From Octopus sinensis (taxonomy: Eukaryota), in the NCBI RefSeq assembly GCF_006345805.1, contig NC_042998.1, forward strand, positions 191,394,001 through 191,458,000: 64,000 nt of DNA, read 5' to 3'. The position numbers were made by a program, and so were the translations under genes. The notes beneath the pieces were generated by a model. It had not been told where the DNA came from, searched no databases, and saw only the letters and a list, made by a program, of their open reading frames with translations. The first letter of the stretch is position 1, and each line of letters opens with the position of its first letter. Below are positions 1 through 15,484 of this stretch, one piece after another.

Positions 1-18
1 ATGTGTGTCTGTATATAA

Positions 19-49
<31 letters not shown>

Positions 50-240
50 GTATGTATATATACATACATATACATATACATACATATGCTCACAGATATA
101 TTATATATTTTTTTTATATATATATGTATATATAAATATATATATATATGTATATTTATATATATATACCTGCATATATACGCGTCTGTGGTTGCTGTGT
201 GTATGTTTACGTTTATACATATACACGTGCACTCTCACAG
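1..240. repeat. (TA)n/(CA)n degenerate microsatellite
   Basis: Directly visible dinucleotide runs; ORFs 3..281 and 5..319 are IY/YI artefacts. Confidence 0.95.
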
Positions 241-1999
241 ACTCACTGGCAGTCATACATCACTCCATAACTTCAACGTAAAAAGCAAATTATCAAACAC
301 TGTAAATTTTAAAGTTTGAGAAATAGTTTCCTTAACTTAATGACTTATCCCAAACATGTAATTTGAACTTTACAGAATCTTCTGTTCCCATAGGTTATGT
401 GTATTTACATAGAAATGAGATGACAAAATATAGAAAAAATAAGTAAACTGCGTGCACATTTGAAGTTTTCTGAAGTTTATCGATTAAAACAAAAGTTTAT
501 TTTTGTTCTTGATTTGCCTCGCTTTTGTCATAAATATATATAATATTTACTTTACATATAGATGTTACTGAAAGAATTGTACATAGGTATGTTAACAGTT
601 GTATCCAGTATTTAATTACAAATGGTAAATAAACTTAGTTGTTCTTCGAAACTACCTGATAATATTGTCTTCACAAAAATGTACATGTATTGCAAGTCAC
701 CGTTAAATTATTTTATAATTTTATTTGAATATATTTTACATAAGAAATAAAGTTGTATGAGTTTGCATTAGGTATGGAATTCAACAAATTTCCGGTTTAA
801 AAAGTTCAATTTAGTCAAAAATTTAATTAAAATACTATATTGAAAATATATCGATACGAAAATGATCAGGATTAATTGATGCTTCATTGTGTAAAAAGAA
901 ATAAAAATAAAAATGGATTTTTATTTAAAAAAAAAAAATTTGAAAATATACAAGTGTATACACAAAACGCTCGAACGGAAATTATTTTAATTATAATATT
1001 ATAATTGGGAGGTAAGTATGTATTTGTACGTGTGTTATTGGGTATGTGTTCTTGTAAACCTGCTGATTAGTGCCATAAACACTATTCGTACGCCTGCGCG
1101 CGTGTATTCGACGGGCAGAGTTCCATGTGTAAATCAGTATAAGCATGTACGTGTCTATAGATTATATGACCATATCAATTTAGGGAAGAAAATATTGCTA
1201 CTTAACTTTCGAGGAATGTATGCGTCGACTCTGCGGGCAAAGAGGCTACCCACAGGTAGGGGTCCAGTACGTTTTCGTGGAACCTTCTTTTCACCATTCT
1301 TCTAACATAGTCCAAACGTGATTTGCTGTTTGGGCTCCAATACAAGACATAAACATAGCCATATGACCTATAATGCCTTAGCTGATTGGCTGAAAAGTAC
1401 TTGCATGTATTTTTGTGTAATTATTTCTCTTGGAAAGAGAATAGTAAAAGTAGGAAGTGTAGAGAAAGAAAGAACAGAAAAGAGAGGAACTGAAACAATA
1501 GTGTGAACTTGAAGAAAAATCAAAGAAAAATATCATTGGATTGACAGAAAGGTTGGAAGAACTGAAAAACTGGTTTGTTGAAAATTACATTTCTGCTCCC
1601 CTACAACTGGACAATTATCTGCGGGAAAGAATTGGAAAATTATTGGCAAACAATTGATTTTACTTGATGTAGTATTTCTTTATCAGTTAATAAAATGGTT
1701 CAGAAAATGAAAAACGATTTCAAAATGCGAGGAATAATTAAAAAATAACTTTTAACCGAAAAGATTTTGAAGGGGAGTAAATGAATCGATTAAACTCAAT
1801 TTACAAAAAAAGGAAGAAAAAAGTTTAAGAAAATAAATATCATTCTATATATTTAAATGGGCTATATCTCTTCCTGCCAATGACTACTATTATTTGTAAG
1901 GGTTTTATAGATATTTTAATTGTAGCCTTCGCTACATAATTATATAACAACATTGAAAAGTTAATGATGTTAATTTTAAGCTGGGGCTACGCAGCAATA

Positions 2000-2055
2000 C
2001 ATATATACTATAATGATTGTATATATATATATGTGTGTGTGTATGTGTGTGTGCG

Positions 2056-2103
<48 letters not shown>

Positions 2104-2120
2104 AATTATATATATATATA

Positions 2121-2153
<33 letters not shown>

Positions 2154-2206
2154 ATATATATATATATATTATATATATATATAATATATATATATATATG
2201 TATATA

Positions 2207-2245
<39 letters not shown>

Positions 2246-2270
2246 ATATATACACTATATTACGTATATG
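2000..2270. repeat. (TA)n microsatellite
   Basis: Long interrupted TA run. Confidence 0.95.
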
Positions 2271-3276
2271 ATTGCATATATAAAGGGGAAGACTATATAA
2301 AGAGGACTTATGTATATAATGACTAAATTTTACAAACACTAGACTTTATTAGCTGAGATAAACATACACCTATTTTCCGTCAATATTATTTTACGTGAAA
2401 ATATTGGATAAATTGATATAGTTTTCTTACTTTTACTCACATAATACATTTTGGTTCATAGCTTGATAGAACAAATGTTTCTGAAGTGATAAGACGTCGA
2501 TTAATCTTTATAGGGACATACAGGAATATACCTAACGTGTCTTTCCTCGAAAAGTGCTATACTCACACACAAAGAAGATATTCGAATTTAGAGAATTTAG
2601 AAGGGAAAAATAGTTTGGTAGTGATTATGCCAGAGAGAAGGAACGAATGAAGAAGAAAACGAAAACATGAAATTTCAAAAATAGCAATCATAGAATAAAG
2701 TAAAATCTAAGAGAATTGGAGTATGAGAACTACAGAAATAAATTGATAAATACATAAATAAATAGAAAATATTTTAACTGAAGAGATAAGGCATTTAACT
2801 TTAATTCTGTATTATTTTGGCAATTTGCTCGTTAGCTTCTTGATTCTGCGAGGTGAGTAGAACATTAAATACATTTCTTTACTTCATCCTCAAATAAATT
2901 CTCTTTACTCTCAGTGTTTTCAACCTCCTTCGTCTATGGGTTGCTGGCACAGCTGATGTTTCACATTATAATTCTAACATACTTACAGAGAACCATAGAA
3001 TCCACTATGCTGCCCAAATGTATGTAACCACACCACATTCGGATAGTCTAGGCTCTACTGGCTTCTTTTCTCCTTCTCCTTCAAAACATACCTAATTAGA
3101 TAAACTGCTACTGCAAACGTTGCGAATCAAATATTCGATTAATTCTCTATTATCGAATGACTTTTATAAAGGTTTCAAAAACACACCAAAATACAATGAG
3201 GAACTTTTCATGCAACAATCTCTTTGAATTATAAATACCCTTCTCCAAAACTATCATTAGGTTTTGCCTGATTTTC

Positions 3277-3277
3277 T

Positions 3278-3349
<72 letters not shown>

Positions 3350-3430
3350 GCTGCTGCTGCTGCTTCTACTGCTGCTGCTACTGCAACTGCTCCTGCTGTT
3401 GCAACTTCGACTGCAATTATTACTACTACC
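3277..3430. repeat. Compound (ACT)n-(GCT)n trinucleotide repeat
   Basis: actact... grading into gctgct...; source of the poly-T/A/L ORF 3264..3551. Confidence 0.95.
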
Positions 3431-3927
3431 GAAAATAATGATAGTAATCGTTGTTGTAGTGGTGATAATGGATAGAAGTGTTAATGATCTTGGTTCAAAT
3501 GCTGATCATCATGATGCTGATGATGGTGGTGGGTGGACGTGTGGAGTCTAGTGTTTTTGTTATTTTTGTTCGATAATATTTGGTAGGAGAGGGGGACCAT
3601 TGAAAAGAGAAAAGTGATCTAGAATTTGCCAATTTCTCTTTCTATGTTTCTGCTCTCCCCATATTTTTTTGTTATGCTATGTCTGCGATCGTCGTTGGTA
3701 GTAATCGTCTAAAAAATTGTGATTATTAATGTTACAGAGACAATGAATGAACGACATATATTTGGAGCTGACGCGGACGTTGCTCGTTAGCAAAATGCAA
3801 AGGAAGCAAACGTAGTGGCACCCACTGAAATTATTGTCATTACTAAAGATGGCAGAAAGTCAATCATTTACCTAGATAAACAAAGGAGAATGATATAACA
3901 GCTTTAAAACAACACTTAAAATAGAAA

Positions 3928-4340
3928 TCTCTATCTCTCTCTTGTGTCATGGCATAGTCATGCCGTCGACGAATCATGGTTTGTTCCTCCTCCATTTATT
4001 TCTGTCTCTCGCAACATCATCCAGGGCTTTCTCGCTCTGCACGTTCATTCTCTTCTTCATCTTGTCGAACATCTTCATTCTCTGCCTTCCTCTCGCTCTC
4101 CTTCCCCCCTGCTCAGTCTCCACAATATAACTCTCTATTCCGTCAACCTCTCTAAGAAAATGACCAACAAATCTCAATTGTCTCTCTCTGATAGTATCCA
4201 TCAACTGTTTCTCAATTTTCACCTCCTTCAACACTTCCACATTCGTCACCCTTTGTATCCAGGAGATTCTAAGCATTTTTCTGTAAAACCACATTTCTGT
4301 AGCTTTGAGTCTCTCCTCCATAACTGAGCTCATTTCCATT
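3928..4340 (-). mobile_element. 5'-truncated RTE-clade LINE, 3' end (C-terminus of ORF2 plus short UTR)
   Basis: ORF 3974..4339 encodes EMWFYRKMLRISWIQRVTNVEVL...RQLRFVGH...GRRARGRQRMK...ARDRNKWR, typical of the RTE post-RT C-terminus; followed by a GGCAT-gact-ATGCC stem-loop and a GA-rich tail. Confidence 0.88.
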
Positions 4341-7300
4341 GCTTAAAACTCAATAGACCCTGTAATTCAATTGTAAGAGCTACTGTATGAGACTAGAAAA
4401 CTAAAAACAAACCATAAGTACTCATCCGCTGTATCTTCCTCAAGAAAAACAAGTAGACTTAAGACTAAAACATGGAGCAAACGATTTGCAATGACAGCGG
4501 CGTGACACGTGTAAAAATGTGTAACGTTATCATTGGATAACTGAGTAAAATTGTTGTGAATAATTAAATATATTATATTACAGATTAAAATGATTATATC
4601 ACAGATTAAAAGTTTAGATGACTTTTACAGGCTATTAGACTCGTGTGTTTCTGCAACCAGAGAGTATTGTATCAAGCCACATGAAGTAAGATATAAGCTG
4701 AGAATTTTAATATGTACGCTTCATGAGGTTTTGCATATTTGAAATGTTCCTTTCTCGTCAAGCTTCATCTCTTTCAGAATTCTGTTATAGTTATACAGCT
4801 GATTTTACAACCAGAGGTGTGATAAGGTGAGTCTTTATATTTGCGCACGCTTACTATGTTCAATGTTGAAATTATTAATCGCTAAATGTTTGTCTACATC
4901 TTCTACGTTGAGTATTCAATATTTTGCGTCTATGTCTATACTTAAAGGATATATATATAACTGATATACACTAACCAGTCATGATATCACAAATCACACA
5001 CACAGACACACACACACACACACATACACGGACACGCACGCACACACTACGTATACACACATGCACTTACGTCTGCACAAGTACACGCGCACTTATGCAC
5101 ACACTCACACGCATGAACACACACATACACATGCACGTGAGTACGTATGAATCTATGCATATGTTTATAGGTATTCATGATCCTGAATAATTTTGTATAT
5201 AAATATATACACTTTCCGATTTGTACGTATGTGCGTGTGTGTTTGTATGTGTGTTTGTATATGTGTGTGTGTGTGTGTGTGCCCATGATGTGTGCGCGTG
5301 TGCCGTTGTGTATGACTGATAACATGACAAGCTAGTGTGTATCAATTTATATGTATAGAGCGAAAGCGAAACCTAAGTCAACCGACCGTTCTAAAGATAT
5401 TTATGACACCAGCCTTATTTACTAGCGTCGGAGAAACAAGTTTATTTGAGGTGACACAAAAAAATTATCTAATGTATATTTCCAGTGTAACAGTTTCTCT
5501 AAAATAAAAAAAAAAAAACTATTGCAATCAATCGTTGCAAATAGATCTTGATTTATCTTTCTATCATCTAATCTATACTTACAGTCCTCCATAATCAATA
5601 CTGATGTATTGACGAAATATATCTCATATAACGACAAATGATGACGGAGTAGACGTAAGGTAAGGAAAAGAGAGAAAGATTTATAAAAAGAAAACCGTAT
5701 TGAAATAAGAATTCTTAGAAATGGAACATTGTGAAGTTGTCAGCGACTATAAAGGATTAGAACACTATTGCATATTAGCCATTTTACAACGCTCTGGTAA
5801 GACATCATATGACCAGTTTCTTTCCTCTTTGAATGAAACAAAATCCTTGAAAACGTTATTATTGAGATCGATATACAATAGTTTATCTCAATTGCTTGAA
5901 CCAATAGTAAATATATTACAGCAATAACAATAATATAACTTTTGTAATATAAAATCCGCAAAAGATGCAATTTAACAAACTACCGTTGATTTCGTATCCT
6001 ATTATCTATGGAGAAAAGTGTGTTTCCTATAAAAGAAATATAATAATTTAACTCCGAAATAACGACACAAATTCATGTTTGTATTCATTAAATATTATCT
6101 GTTTCCCGAACGACTACGTAATCTCGAATTTTTTTCATAGAAATTCTCTTCAGACAATCATTCCTATATATTACCATTAAAGAAAACCAGTAGAAATACC
6201 TAAATTGTAATGATAAATTGACTTTATATGTTTATACAGTTATCTTTCTCTTAGTAGCAATTCCTAAAGCAGGTATCTATGCAATTTGATATCCATATAT
6301 CTTTAAATTTTCAATGCTGAGCTTCTTACAAACTATCAATCCAATGTCAATCTCTTAATTTCTTTCTTTATTTATTTTCCAGATCAGAAAAAAATCTTTC
6401 GTTTCTTTCCTATCACGATTCGATTTCTTTCATAGATTTGCTCATACTTTTTCCGCGTTCTTAGCACGTACGTTAAAAAAAATCTCCCCTTCCTTTCCAT
6501 AGAGACGTCTTTTCTGTCTCACTTCCTTCTTCAACTGCTCTTTTTTAAACTTCTACCTTATTTTATTTCCTCTCTTTATCAAGGGTTTTCTCTCTTTTTC
6601 TTTCATCCTCAGAGTATCTAGTGTATCATTTTTCTTCCGCATTTCTTTCTCTGCTCGTTAAATCGCACTTTCTGTCTTTATCCTTGAAACTGATATTCTA
6701 TCTTTTCTGATCCAAACTTTACTGTCATTTCATTCCTTACAATATGAAATTCGTCACGTTTAATACCCCCATCTACCATTTTCACTGCACATTAACCTTT
6801 TTCACTCTCCTAGTAGGCATTTTTCTAGATAGCTGAGAACATTCTATTCATTTTACTATAAAACACGTACATTTTTTGCCCGGCAAAATTATAGATGAAA
6901 TATATTGTAAAACTGACACTGATCAATAATTGTAGCAATAAATGGCTGAATACTCTGAACGAGAGCTTGGATGATCTTTGATGAGTAATTCTTTAACATA
7001 ATATTGAAGATCAAATCAACGCCGCCATTCATCTTGACATGCAAACTGTGAATACAATTTGATGCTCACATACATAGATTTACGTGAAAAAACCAAAAGG
7101 TGCACAACTATTTACCAGTGACTTACACATACACAATCATAAAGGAGAGAATTAATAAATTCATTGAAATATATTTAAATAATTTCTGATGAAAAAATGC
7201 GAACCCCTGCACGTATTAGAACAGTTTTCATTTCAGAAGATATGAATATAGTTTGCTGAAAAATTAAAAGGAACACCATACAGGACGTAATACGTGCATA

Positions 7301-7619
7301 TGTGTATTATATATGCAATAGCATTTTCAAAGAACTATTGAAGTAATTTTGAGGTTCGGAAAATTCTGTTTATTATTTTCTTTAGGAACGAAATAAAAAA
7401 AAAGGAGCAAGAAATATCGGAGTCCGAAGTCAGCAAGATCTGAGAGATAATCTATTGAATGATTACGGTAAGAGCAAAACGGAAATAGAAATGGTTTACA
7501 AAACGGTATTTCAAAACTCTTCAAACCAAACTTTGGATATATCGATTGATATATCAATGATTCCCCAATGAATGAATATCAAATTAATCTATTCGGTAAA
7601 CGTAGCTATGTGCATGCAC

Positions 7620-7749
7620 AGTAAATACACACACACATATATGTACATACATACACACACATACACATAGACACACATACGTATGTATGTCCATATATCG
7701 ATATATGTATATACACAATTATTATGGATACATGTGTGTGTATAAATAA

Positions 7750-7786
<37 letters not shown>

Positions 7787-8099
7787 TCCATATATATATC
7801 CTTGTCTATCAATATGTGCATGTATGTATGAATGTATGCATATATGTATGTATGTATATATATATATATGCCTAATAAATATATACTGCATTATTATAAA
7901 TCTTGATATATACATAAATATTTGCATATACATGTATACATACACACGCCCTTATATATATATATATAATATATATATATATGTGAAGGTATATGTACGT
8001 GTCTGTATATATATATATATATATAATATATATGTAGAGAATTCACAAAAAATATATGTATATATATGTATACATATGTATATAGCTAAAAAGATAGAT

Positions 8100-8134
<35 letters not shown>

Positions 8135-8270
8135 GAAAGAGATAGAGATAGATATGTAAAAATGTAAAAATACTTATATAGGTGTTTATGTGTACTCATT
8201 CAAATATGTATTACGTATAGCATGCATATATTTCATATGTATATATATATATATATATACATATGCATAC
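7620..8270. repeat. Compound (TA)/(CA)/(TATG)/(GA) microsatellite region
   Basis: Visible simple repeats. Confidence 0.9.
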
Positions 8271-10017
8271 ACATACCTACACGCAGATTCTCATTCCTCG
8301 ATGTGCCTATATGTGTTTTTGCATGTGCACGCGCGAGCATATCTTCGCCTACATGGAGAATATTATGTTAACGACACAGAAATATAAAACATTTATCCTT
8401 TCTCTATACAAATGCACATAAATACATATTATCACCAATAATTTAGCATTCAACATTTCTGCTGTATATTCCTCATTTACCCATCATATTAGTCACACCT
8501 CATATAACCTTTAAATACTTCAAATATATATCATGTTTTCTTTGCAAATCTAATAAAGCAGATATTCATGCACAAAATATGCATGAGATACACTGAATTC
8601 TAAATTGTAATATATACCCGTCCTTGAATACAATAACAAACATTTAGAACAATCCTTATAAATGTATTCACATTGAAACCAATTTACCGCGATGCAGTAC
8701 CACAATGGATAATCAGTGCAATATTTGGAAAATTTGAACGGGATTTTGGAGACGTGCTTTTAATATAGATAATCTATGAATGAGTAGTTCTTGAATTAAA
8801 GAGGCATCCACCATCTAGTGCTTCAACGTATTAACAATACTTACCAACATAAACTCTCAACCCAATCTTATAAAGGAACACATTGCTTAATATAGTTTTG
8901 TGTGTTTTGTTTCGTAACGATGATAGATTGTTAAGTCTAGAACAGTAAGTCTGCTCGGTAATAAAACGAGATGGGAATAAATAACAACAGCCAAATCTCC
9001 TCCACATTACACCCTATTATCTTGCAACACAAAGATTGTATTGAATATGAAAGACCTACATACACTTTTCTGAATAATCCCAGAACGTTGTTTTCTTTTT
9101 GCGGTAAATCTTGGTGGGACTGATTTGCATCTATATACATAATTGTCTAAAACAATCTTAACGATATATTTAGAATGAAAGGAGAAATTCCACGTATAAT
9201 GTACTCAACAGCTATTTCAGAGCATAAACATGGTTATTTTCATAATTGCGTAATTGCGATACATAATTTTTCACATGATGTGGCACACTTCTATTTATTT
9301 GTGTATAACTTCTGGATGAGTTACCTCGGTCCTATATAGTCTTAACAAAATATGAAGTAGACCGACATGTAATTTTGAAAAGGTATCGTTGTTCATTGAA
9401 AAAAGCTCATATCCATTCAGAAAAGGGTCCCCTACAAAGGGACATAATTTGACATGCAAATAATGTGTTTAAGAGGTCTTCTTATAACCAGAAGTGGTAA
9501 AATGCAAGGATTACATAAGTACTGGAAGCGTTTTCTTGACAAAGGGTTCAACGACGAGAAGAAGGGAGAACAATATCCAGGTAATCAAAACCATTGTCTA
9601 CTGACGCAATGCACTTTATGACAATATATTCAACTAGAGTACAACATACTGAAAAGCATTGGCGGAAGAATCTGGTGTTACTACTTTTAAAGAGTACTCG
9701 GACATAATGGAGATTATATGCAATGAGAAAAACGAGAATCTGGAGGGTATACTTTCTGCGTGGCGCCAACCTACCTATGCGTAAGTGGATTGATCAATTG
9801 TAAAGTGAATCATGTTTTTAGATATTGTGTTAGTCAATGATATTTCTTACAGCATCTTTTAGAAATATTAACTCGTGCTCTATTCTCTGTACAATGACAT
9901 TGGCACCATCACCCATCGCCATTATTTAAAGTGTTAACCCCACACATTACCATGACTATGAAGTATATAGCGTTGCTATATAAATACACCAACGATATGA
10001 ATTAGGAAATTATTTTG

Positions 10018-10215
10018 AAGGCGACGAGCCGGCAGAATCGTTTCTGCAGCGAATAAAATGCTTAGTGGCTTTTCTTTTTGAGTTTAAATGTCGCCAAAGA
10101 TGACTTTACCTTTCATCCTTTTGAAGTCGATAAAATAAGTATGAGTTAAGTACTTGTATAGAGGTAATCGATACCCCGGTCTCCTCAAAAACTGCGAGCC
10201 CACTTCCAAAAACCA
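10018..10215 (+). mobile_element. Degenerate tRNA-derived SINE, family A
   Basis: ggcgacgagccggcagaatcg...aaatgcttag...gactttacctttcatcc...gtcgataaaataagta aligns with the intact copy at 63671-63900. Confidence 0.7.
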
Positions 10216-10830
10216 AATATAAAGACGACACACACCAAAACACCTCAAATTGTCACAAATCAACATATGCACCAAAACAACACCATGAATAACAAAAACA
10301 ACAAACCATAAAAACCGTAATTACAACAACCAAACCCCCAGTGTAACCCCTACAACAAGAAAAATACGAGCACAATAACTAAAAAAAACACCTACACAAC
10401 AACAAGAAAGATCACAAGCACAACAAGAAGAAGAAAACACACAAACAACAACAGCAAAATCATCAAAAGTAACAATGAAACACTCAATTAGAAAACTGAA
10501 TTTCACCTTGATAGACAGAAACAACAAGAAATTAATGGACTACATAGAAAACATCACAAATACGAAACCGAAATAGATGGGGAAGAATTTGAAAAACTCA
10601 TCCCCCAAACACCTGAAGAGAGAAACCTAATAAAAACATCATGTCAGATTTGTCACACTCTCTTGAATAACTTCGTAGGGAGTGTGGGGCTTTCAAAAAC
10701 CATTAAATAGACCTTTATTACAAGGGTCTTTCAAGAGACACCCACCCCAAAAGAACAGGCCATCTGCCACTGGAAGTGAATCAAAGCGACGCCGGTTTAG
10801 TAAACTCTCTCGGTATTTTCTTCAATAAAT

Positions 10831-13320
10831 ACGGTGGCACTCAGAGTAGGATGTATCAATGTATGTGGTCTGGGATCAGCTTGGACACAAGGCCACTAAC
10901 TCAGTGACCTCAGATCACTTGACTTAGACGAGCTACCCATTGCTGAAAGCAGACTTTCTGGGACACACGCACTGAGCCTAATACTGCACAACTACAAGAC
11001 GTACTTAGTTTGTAGTCTGACAGAATCGGACGGTGGAGTAGCAGTGCTTTTCTGAGAAGAATTGGGATTAGAGATGCAGATGATCTCTTTGGATTCGGCA
11101 GGTAAGCTGGTGGTACTAGATGTGAGTGACAGTAAAGGCAGTCCTTCGGACTGGGGCTGGACGGCCATATTTCTTCTTTCCTTCCTAGGAACATCACTCT
11201 CTTTAGTTCTAGTTGGTGATTGGAATGGTAGTTTGGACGCACGTCGGGATTTTGTAAGGTTAACACATAAAAGGCTATGCAAAAACTTCGAAACCATGCT
11301 CAGATGTCTCCAACTGTCTGGCAGGCATTAGATCTCCCAGATGTGCCAATGTAGACTTGGAATAACTACAATGTGTCTTCCAGATCATGACAACGTTGAT
11401 TTAAGTTAACTGACAAAGATATGTTAGGGTGCCCACAATTGAAACTGACCGGCTACACATATAAATTTCTGATCTTCACTGTCGCCTTAGATAGGACTCA
11501 TAGACAGGGACACGGCCACAGTAGGTTGAACGCGAGTTCCCCAGCGCAATCAGGCCCAAAAGAGACTTGATTAGATAGCTAGTTAAGAGACATCTAATGG
11601 GGGCAATAGTCAATAATAGTTGGCGATGAACTCTGAAGAGGGCAATTAGATTTGAGTCAATAGCATTTAGTAAGGAGCAAATGGTAGAAAGAAAGGAGCA
11701 AATGGTAGGAAGAGGCAATTAGAAGTGACATCGCGACCAACGTGCTAGCAGCAAGGATGGCCCTTGACAATTTCTCGTGTTAAAACAAGGATGAATGGAG
11801 GCCATCAAGTGGTCTCGGGTAGTGGAGTCTTCGCGAGGTAACAAAAGCACAATTCAGTTTTTGACAGCTCAGGATAGGTACGTACTGCGATGAACTACAG
11901 AGACTTAGAGATTTTAGTACCTACTTCGGCAGCTTACCTCAACCCTCGGAAGAAGAGGTTAGGCGTTTTGAAAGGCCAATAATAGCAACTGAGATACGAG
12001 ATGAATTGAATAATTACGCAGGGGACAGATCGGCTGGTTTGGATGATTTGTCCTATGAATTTTATGGTTATATGCCAGGGTTATTTAGTGACTTCTTGGC
12101 AAACGCATATGACAACTGGCAGCATAAAGGGAGAAATTCCCAGGTCTGTGAGCCGAGGTGCGTTAACTTTGTTGAGAAAGGAAGTCAATACAGGGTGATA
12201 TTATACGCAATTCCCAGCCTATAACCATTCCAACTAAATTTAAATCTTTAGGGTAAAGAGTTTGGCGCATGTCTATGACAGTTCTCCCCTCATGCGTAGC
12301 ATCATAGAGGGAATGGATAGCAACTCCGGTATCAGAGTGGTTGTGAATAATTTGAATCAATTCAAAGCATTTCATTTGGTCGACCATCACTGCCTGATAG
12401 CAGTCTGAAAAGTAGCCCAATTCAGAGCCATCTTCAGTGGCTGCATCGCATCAATGCACACTGGCGCTTGCTCAGTGGTAAAAGTAAACGGCCGCTTCAG
12501 AACCGCTAACTATCTCGAGCTCAATCCGTTAGAGGGTCCTACCTCATCTCTTGCATATGTTCTGTCGCTCGAGCCTTTGCTGCAAGATCTCTTGAGAGAC
12601 GTCCCTTTCGAGCAGGCGGGAGAGCTGTGTCGGTAGATGAGATCACGTTCAAGTCCGAGTATTGCTGACTTATGGAATTATATCCAATCGCTGTTATCAC
12701 GTGTGAGACGAAACCGACTATCGGCCGAATTCATCATCGTGAGTATCGCTCAACCATCCATATTTAACAAAGCCAAGCAGGTAGTGCTCCCTGTCTAGTG
12801 ACTATGGCGGAAGAGTTTGTGTGGTGGACGAAGCTGAAAGGTTTGACTAAAGATACCTCCCACTTTGATCAAACTGTCATCGACTTTTTAAGTTCCAGTT
12901 GGAAAAGAAAGAAGCGAGGGTGGAGAGGAAAGTGCTACCTCCCACTGAACTTGCGAAAAGATGAGAGCCTATGGCAAAAATGGTTTGAGAGAATGGCCCT
13001 ACTCTATGAATGTGTCTCTAAATTGGAGAGCAGGAGAGAGGGCTCCTACTTTGGTGGGTTATTTGATTAACTCAGTTGGAGTTTCCCATGTTTCTGTGGT
13101 TTCTTTGATTGACTCAGCTGGAGTTACCCATGTTTCAGGTGGACTGTATCATTCAAGTTATCACATACTTTGCATACTATGTACACTTTTATCGCATTTA
13201 ACTTTCCTTTTCGTTTCTTTCTCCCCATCTTCTATATAAACCTCTACACAAACAACTGTCCGTCTTTGTGATGTTCCTCTCAATTATGTCCCTGTGGCTA
13301 ATTGAGGAAATTAATTAACT
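10831..13320 (+). mobile_element. Decayed Tx1/L1-clade LINE ORF2 (AP endonuclease + RT) with 3' UTR
   Basis: VALRVGCINVCGL...GGVAVLF...LVLVGDWNGSLD are APE motifs; SAGLDDLSYEFY corresponds to SPGxDGLxxEFY; VKVNG and YVLSLEPLL are L1/Tx1 RT motifs. Many stops and frameshifts. The A-rich segment ~10230-10700 may be ORF1 debris. Confidence 0.85.
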
Positions 13321-13325
13321 AGTAT

Positions 13326-13366
<41 letters not shown>

Positions 13367-13647
13367 GTATTTTTTTTTCTTCTTCTTTCAAATTTGCTTC
13401 CATTTCTTGCCGAGTGTCTTCCCGACTCCTAGGGCAAAGAAACTCATAGTATACATTGGTAGGCCATGAAAACTAAACTCACTAGTTCGTTCTTTTTATT
13501 ATTATTATTATTATTATTATTGTGTTTTTTTTTCTTCTTCTTTCAAATTTGCTTCCATTTCTTGCCGAGTTTCTTCCCGACTCCTAGGGCAAAGAAACTC
13601 ATAGTATACATTGGTAGGCCATGAAAACTAAACTCACTAGTTCGTTC

Positions 13648-13652
<5 letters not shown>
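13367..13652 (-). mobile_element. Two tandem ~130-bp copies of a retroelement 3' end (probably Dong/R4-type) embedded in (ATT)n
   Basis: 13367-13497 and 13522-13652 are near identical (period 155 bp). In element sense they end ...cctaggagtcgggaagacactcgg...aaaatacaataataat, flanked by (TAA)n. Confidence 0.65.
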
Positions 13653-14775
<1,123 letters not shown>

Positions 14776-15184
14776 TTTATGTTTTGCTTTTGCCTTGCAT
14801 TTATACAAATTGGTTCCAAGTCTCACCCAGAAACCTCAAGAGACAACAAGTTAGAAGTTCATGTTGGTGTTATGCCTAGGGTGTCATATATTTGGTTTTG
14901 CATATAGTGTTGTTCTAGAGAATGTTTAAGAAACCATAAGAAAATTACGAGTTTGTTTTAATATTTGAGATTACACAGACAGTATTGTACGTAGGATATT
15001 GGCAGTTCCCATGCGCACTAGCTTTTGAATTTCTGCCATTTTGGGTTTCCTGGTATCTGAGCTAGGTAGCAATCCGCCCCTTTTGCTATGATTCCTAGGG
15101 CAACTATGACAACAGGTACTGTTTTAGTCTTGCGGTTCCACATTTTGCCAATTTCTATTTCAAGATCTTTATAGTTTCTCAGTA

Positions 15185-15185
<1 letters not shown>
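14776..15185 (-). mobile_element. R4/Dong-clade LINE 3' fragment (end of RLE domain plus 3' UTR)
   Basis: YKDLEIEIGKMWNRKTKTVPVVIVALGII; nucleotide match to 28385-28490; (TAA)n on both sides in element sense. Confidence 0.88.
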
Positions 15186-15221
<36 letters not shown>

Positions 15222-15244
15222 TATTATTATTATTATTATTATTA

Positions 15245-15484
15245 TTTGCCGTTCATCTTTTCGAGGTAGATAAAACAAGTACCAGTCAAGTGCTGGGGTC
15301 GATAAAATTGACTATTCTTCTCCGCTAAGGTTTCGTCCCTTGTGTCTATAGAAGAAAGGAATATTCTTCTTATTGGCGGCGAGCTGACAAAAACTTTACC
15401 GCGCCGGGCAAAGGTTAGTACTAGCTGACCACTGAGGTCGGTGAGACCGACTAGCATCCTCCTCCAAATTTTAGTTCTTGTACC

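Noticed and set aside
2836-2852. Possible 17-nt micro-exon (ttag|cttcttgattctgcgag|gtgagt)
   Set aside because: Weak acceptor and too short to distinguish from chance
5721-5927. 68-aa ORF with an internal GTAAGA donor-like site
   Set aside because: No recognisable domain and no promoter or acceptor support
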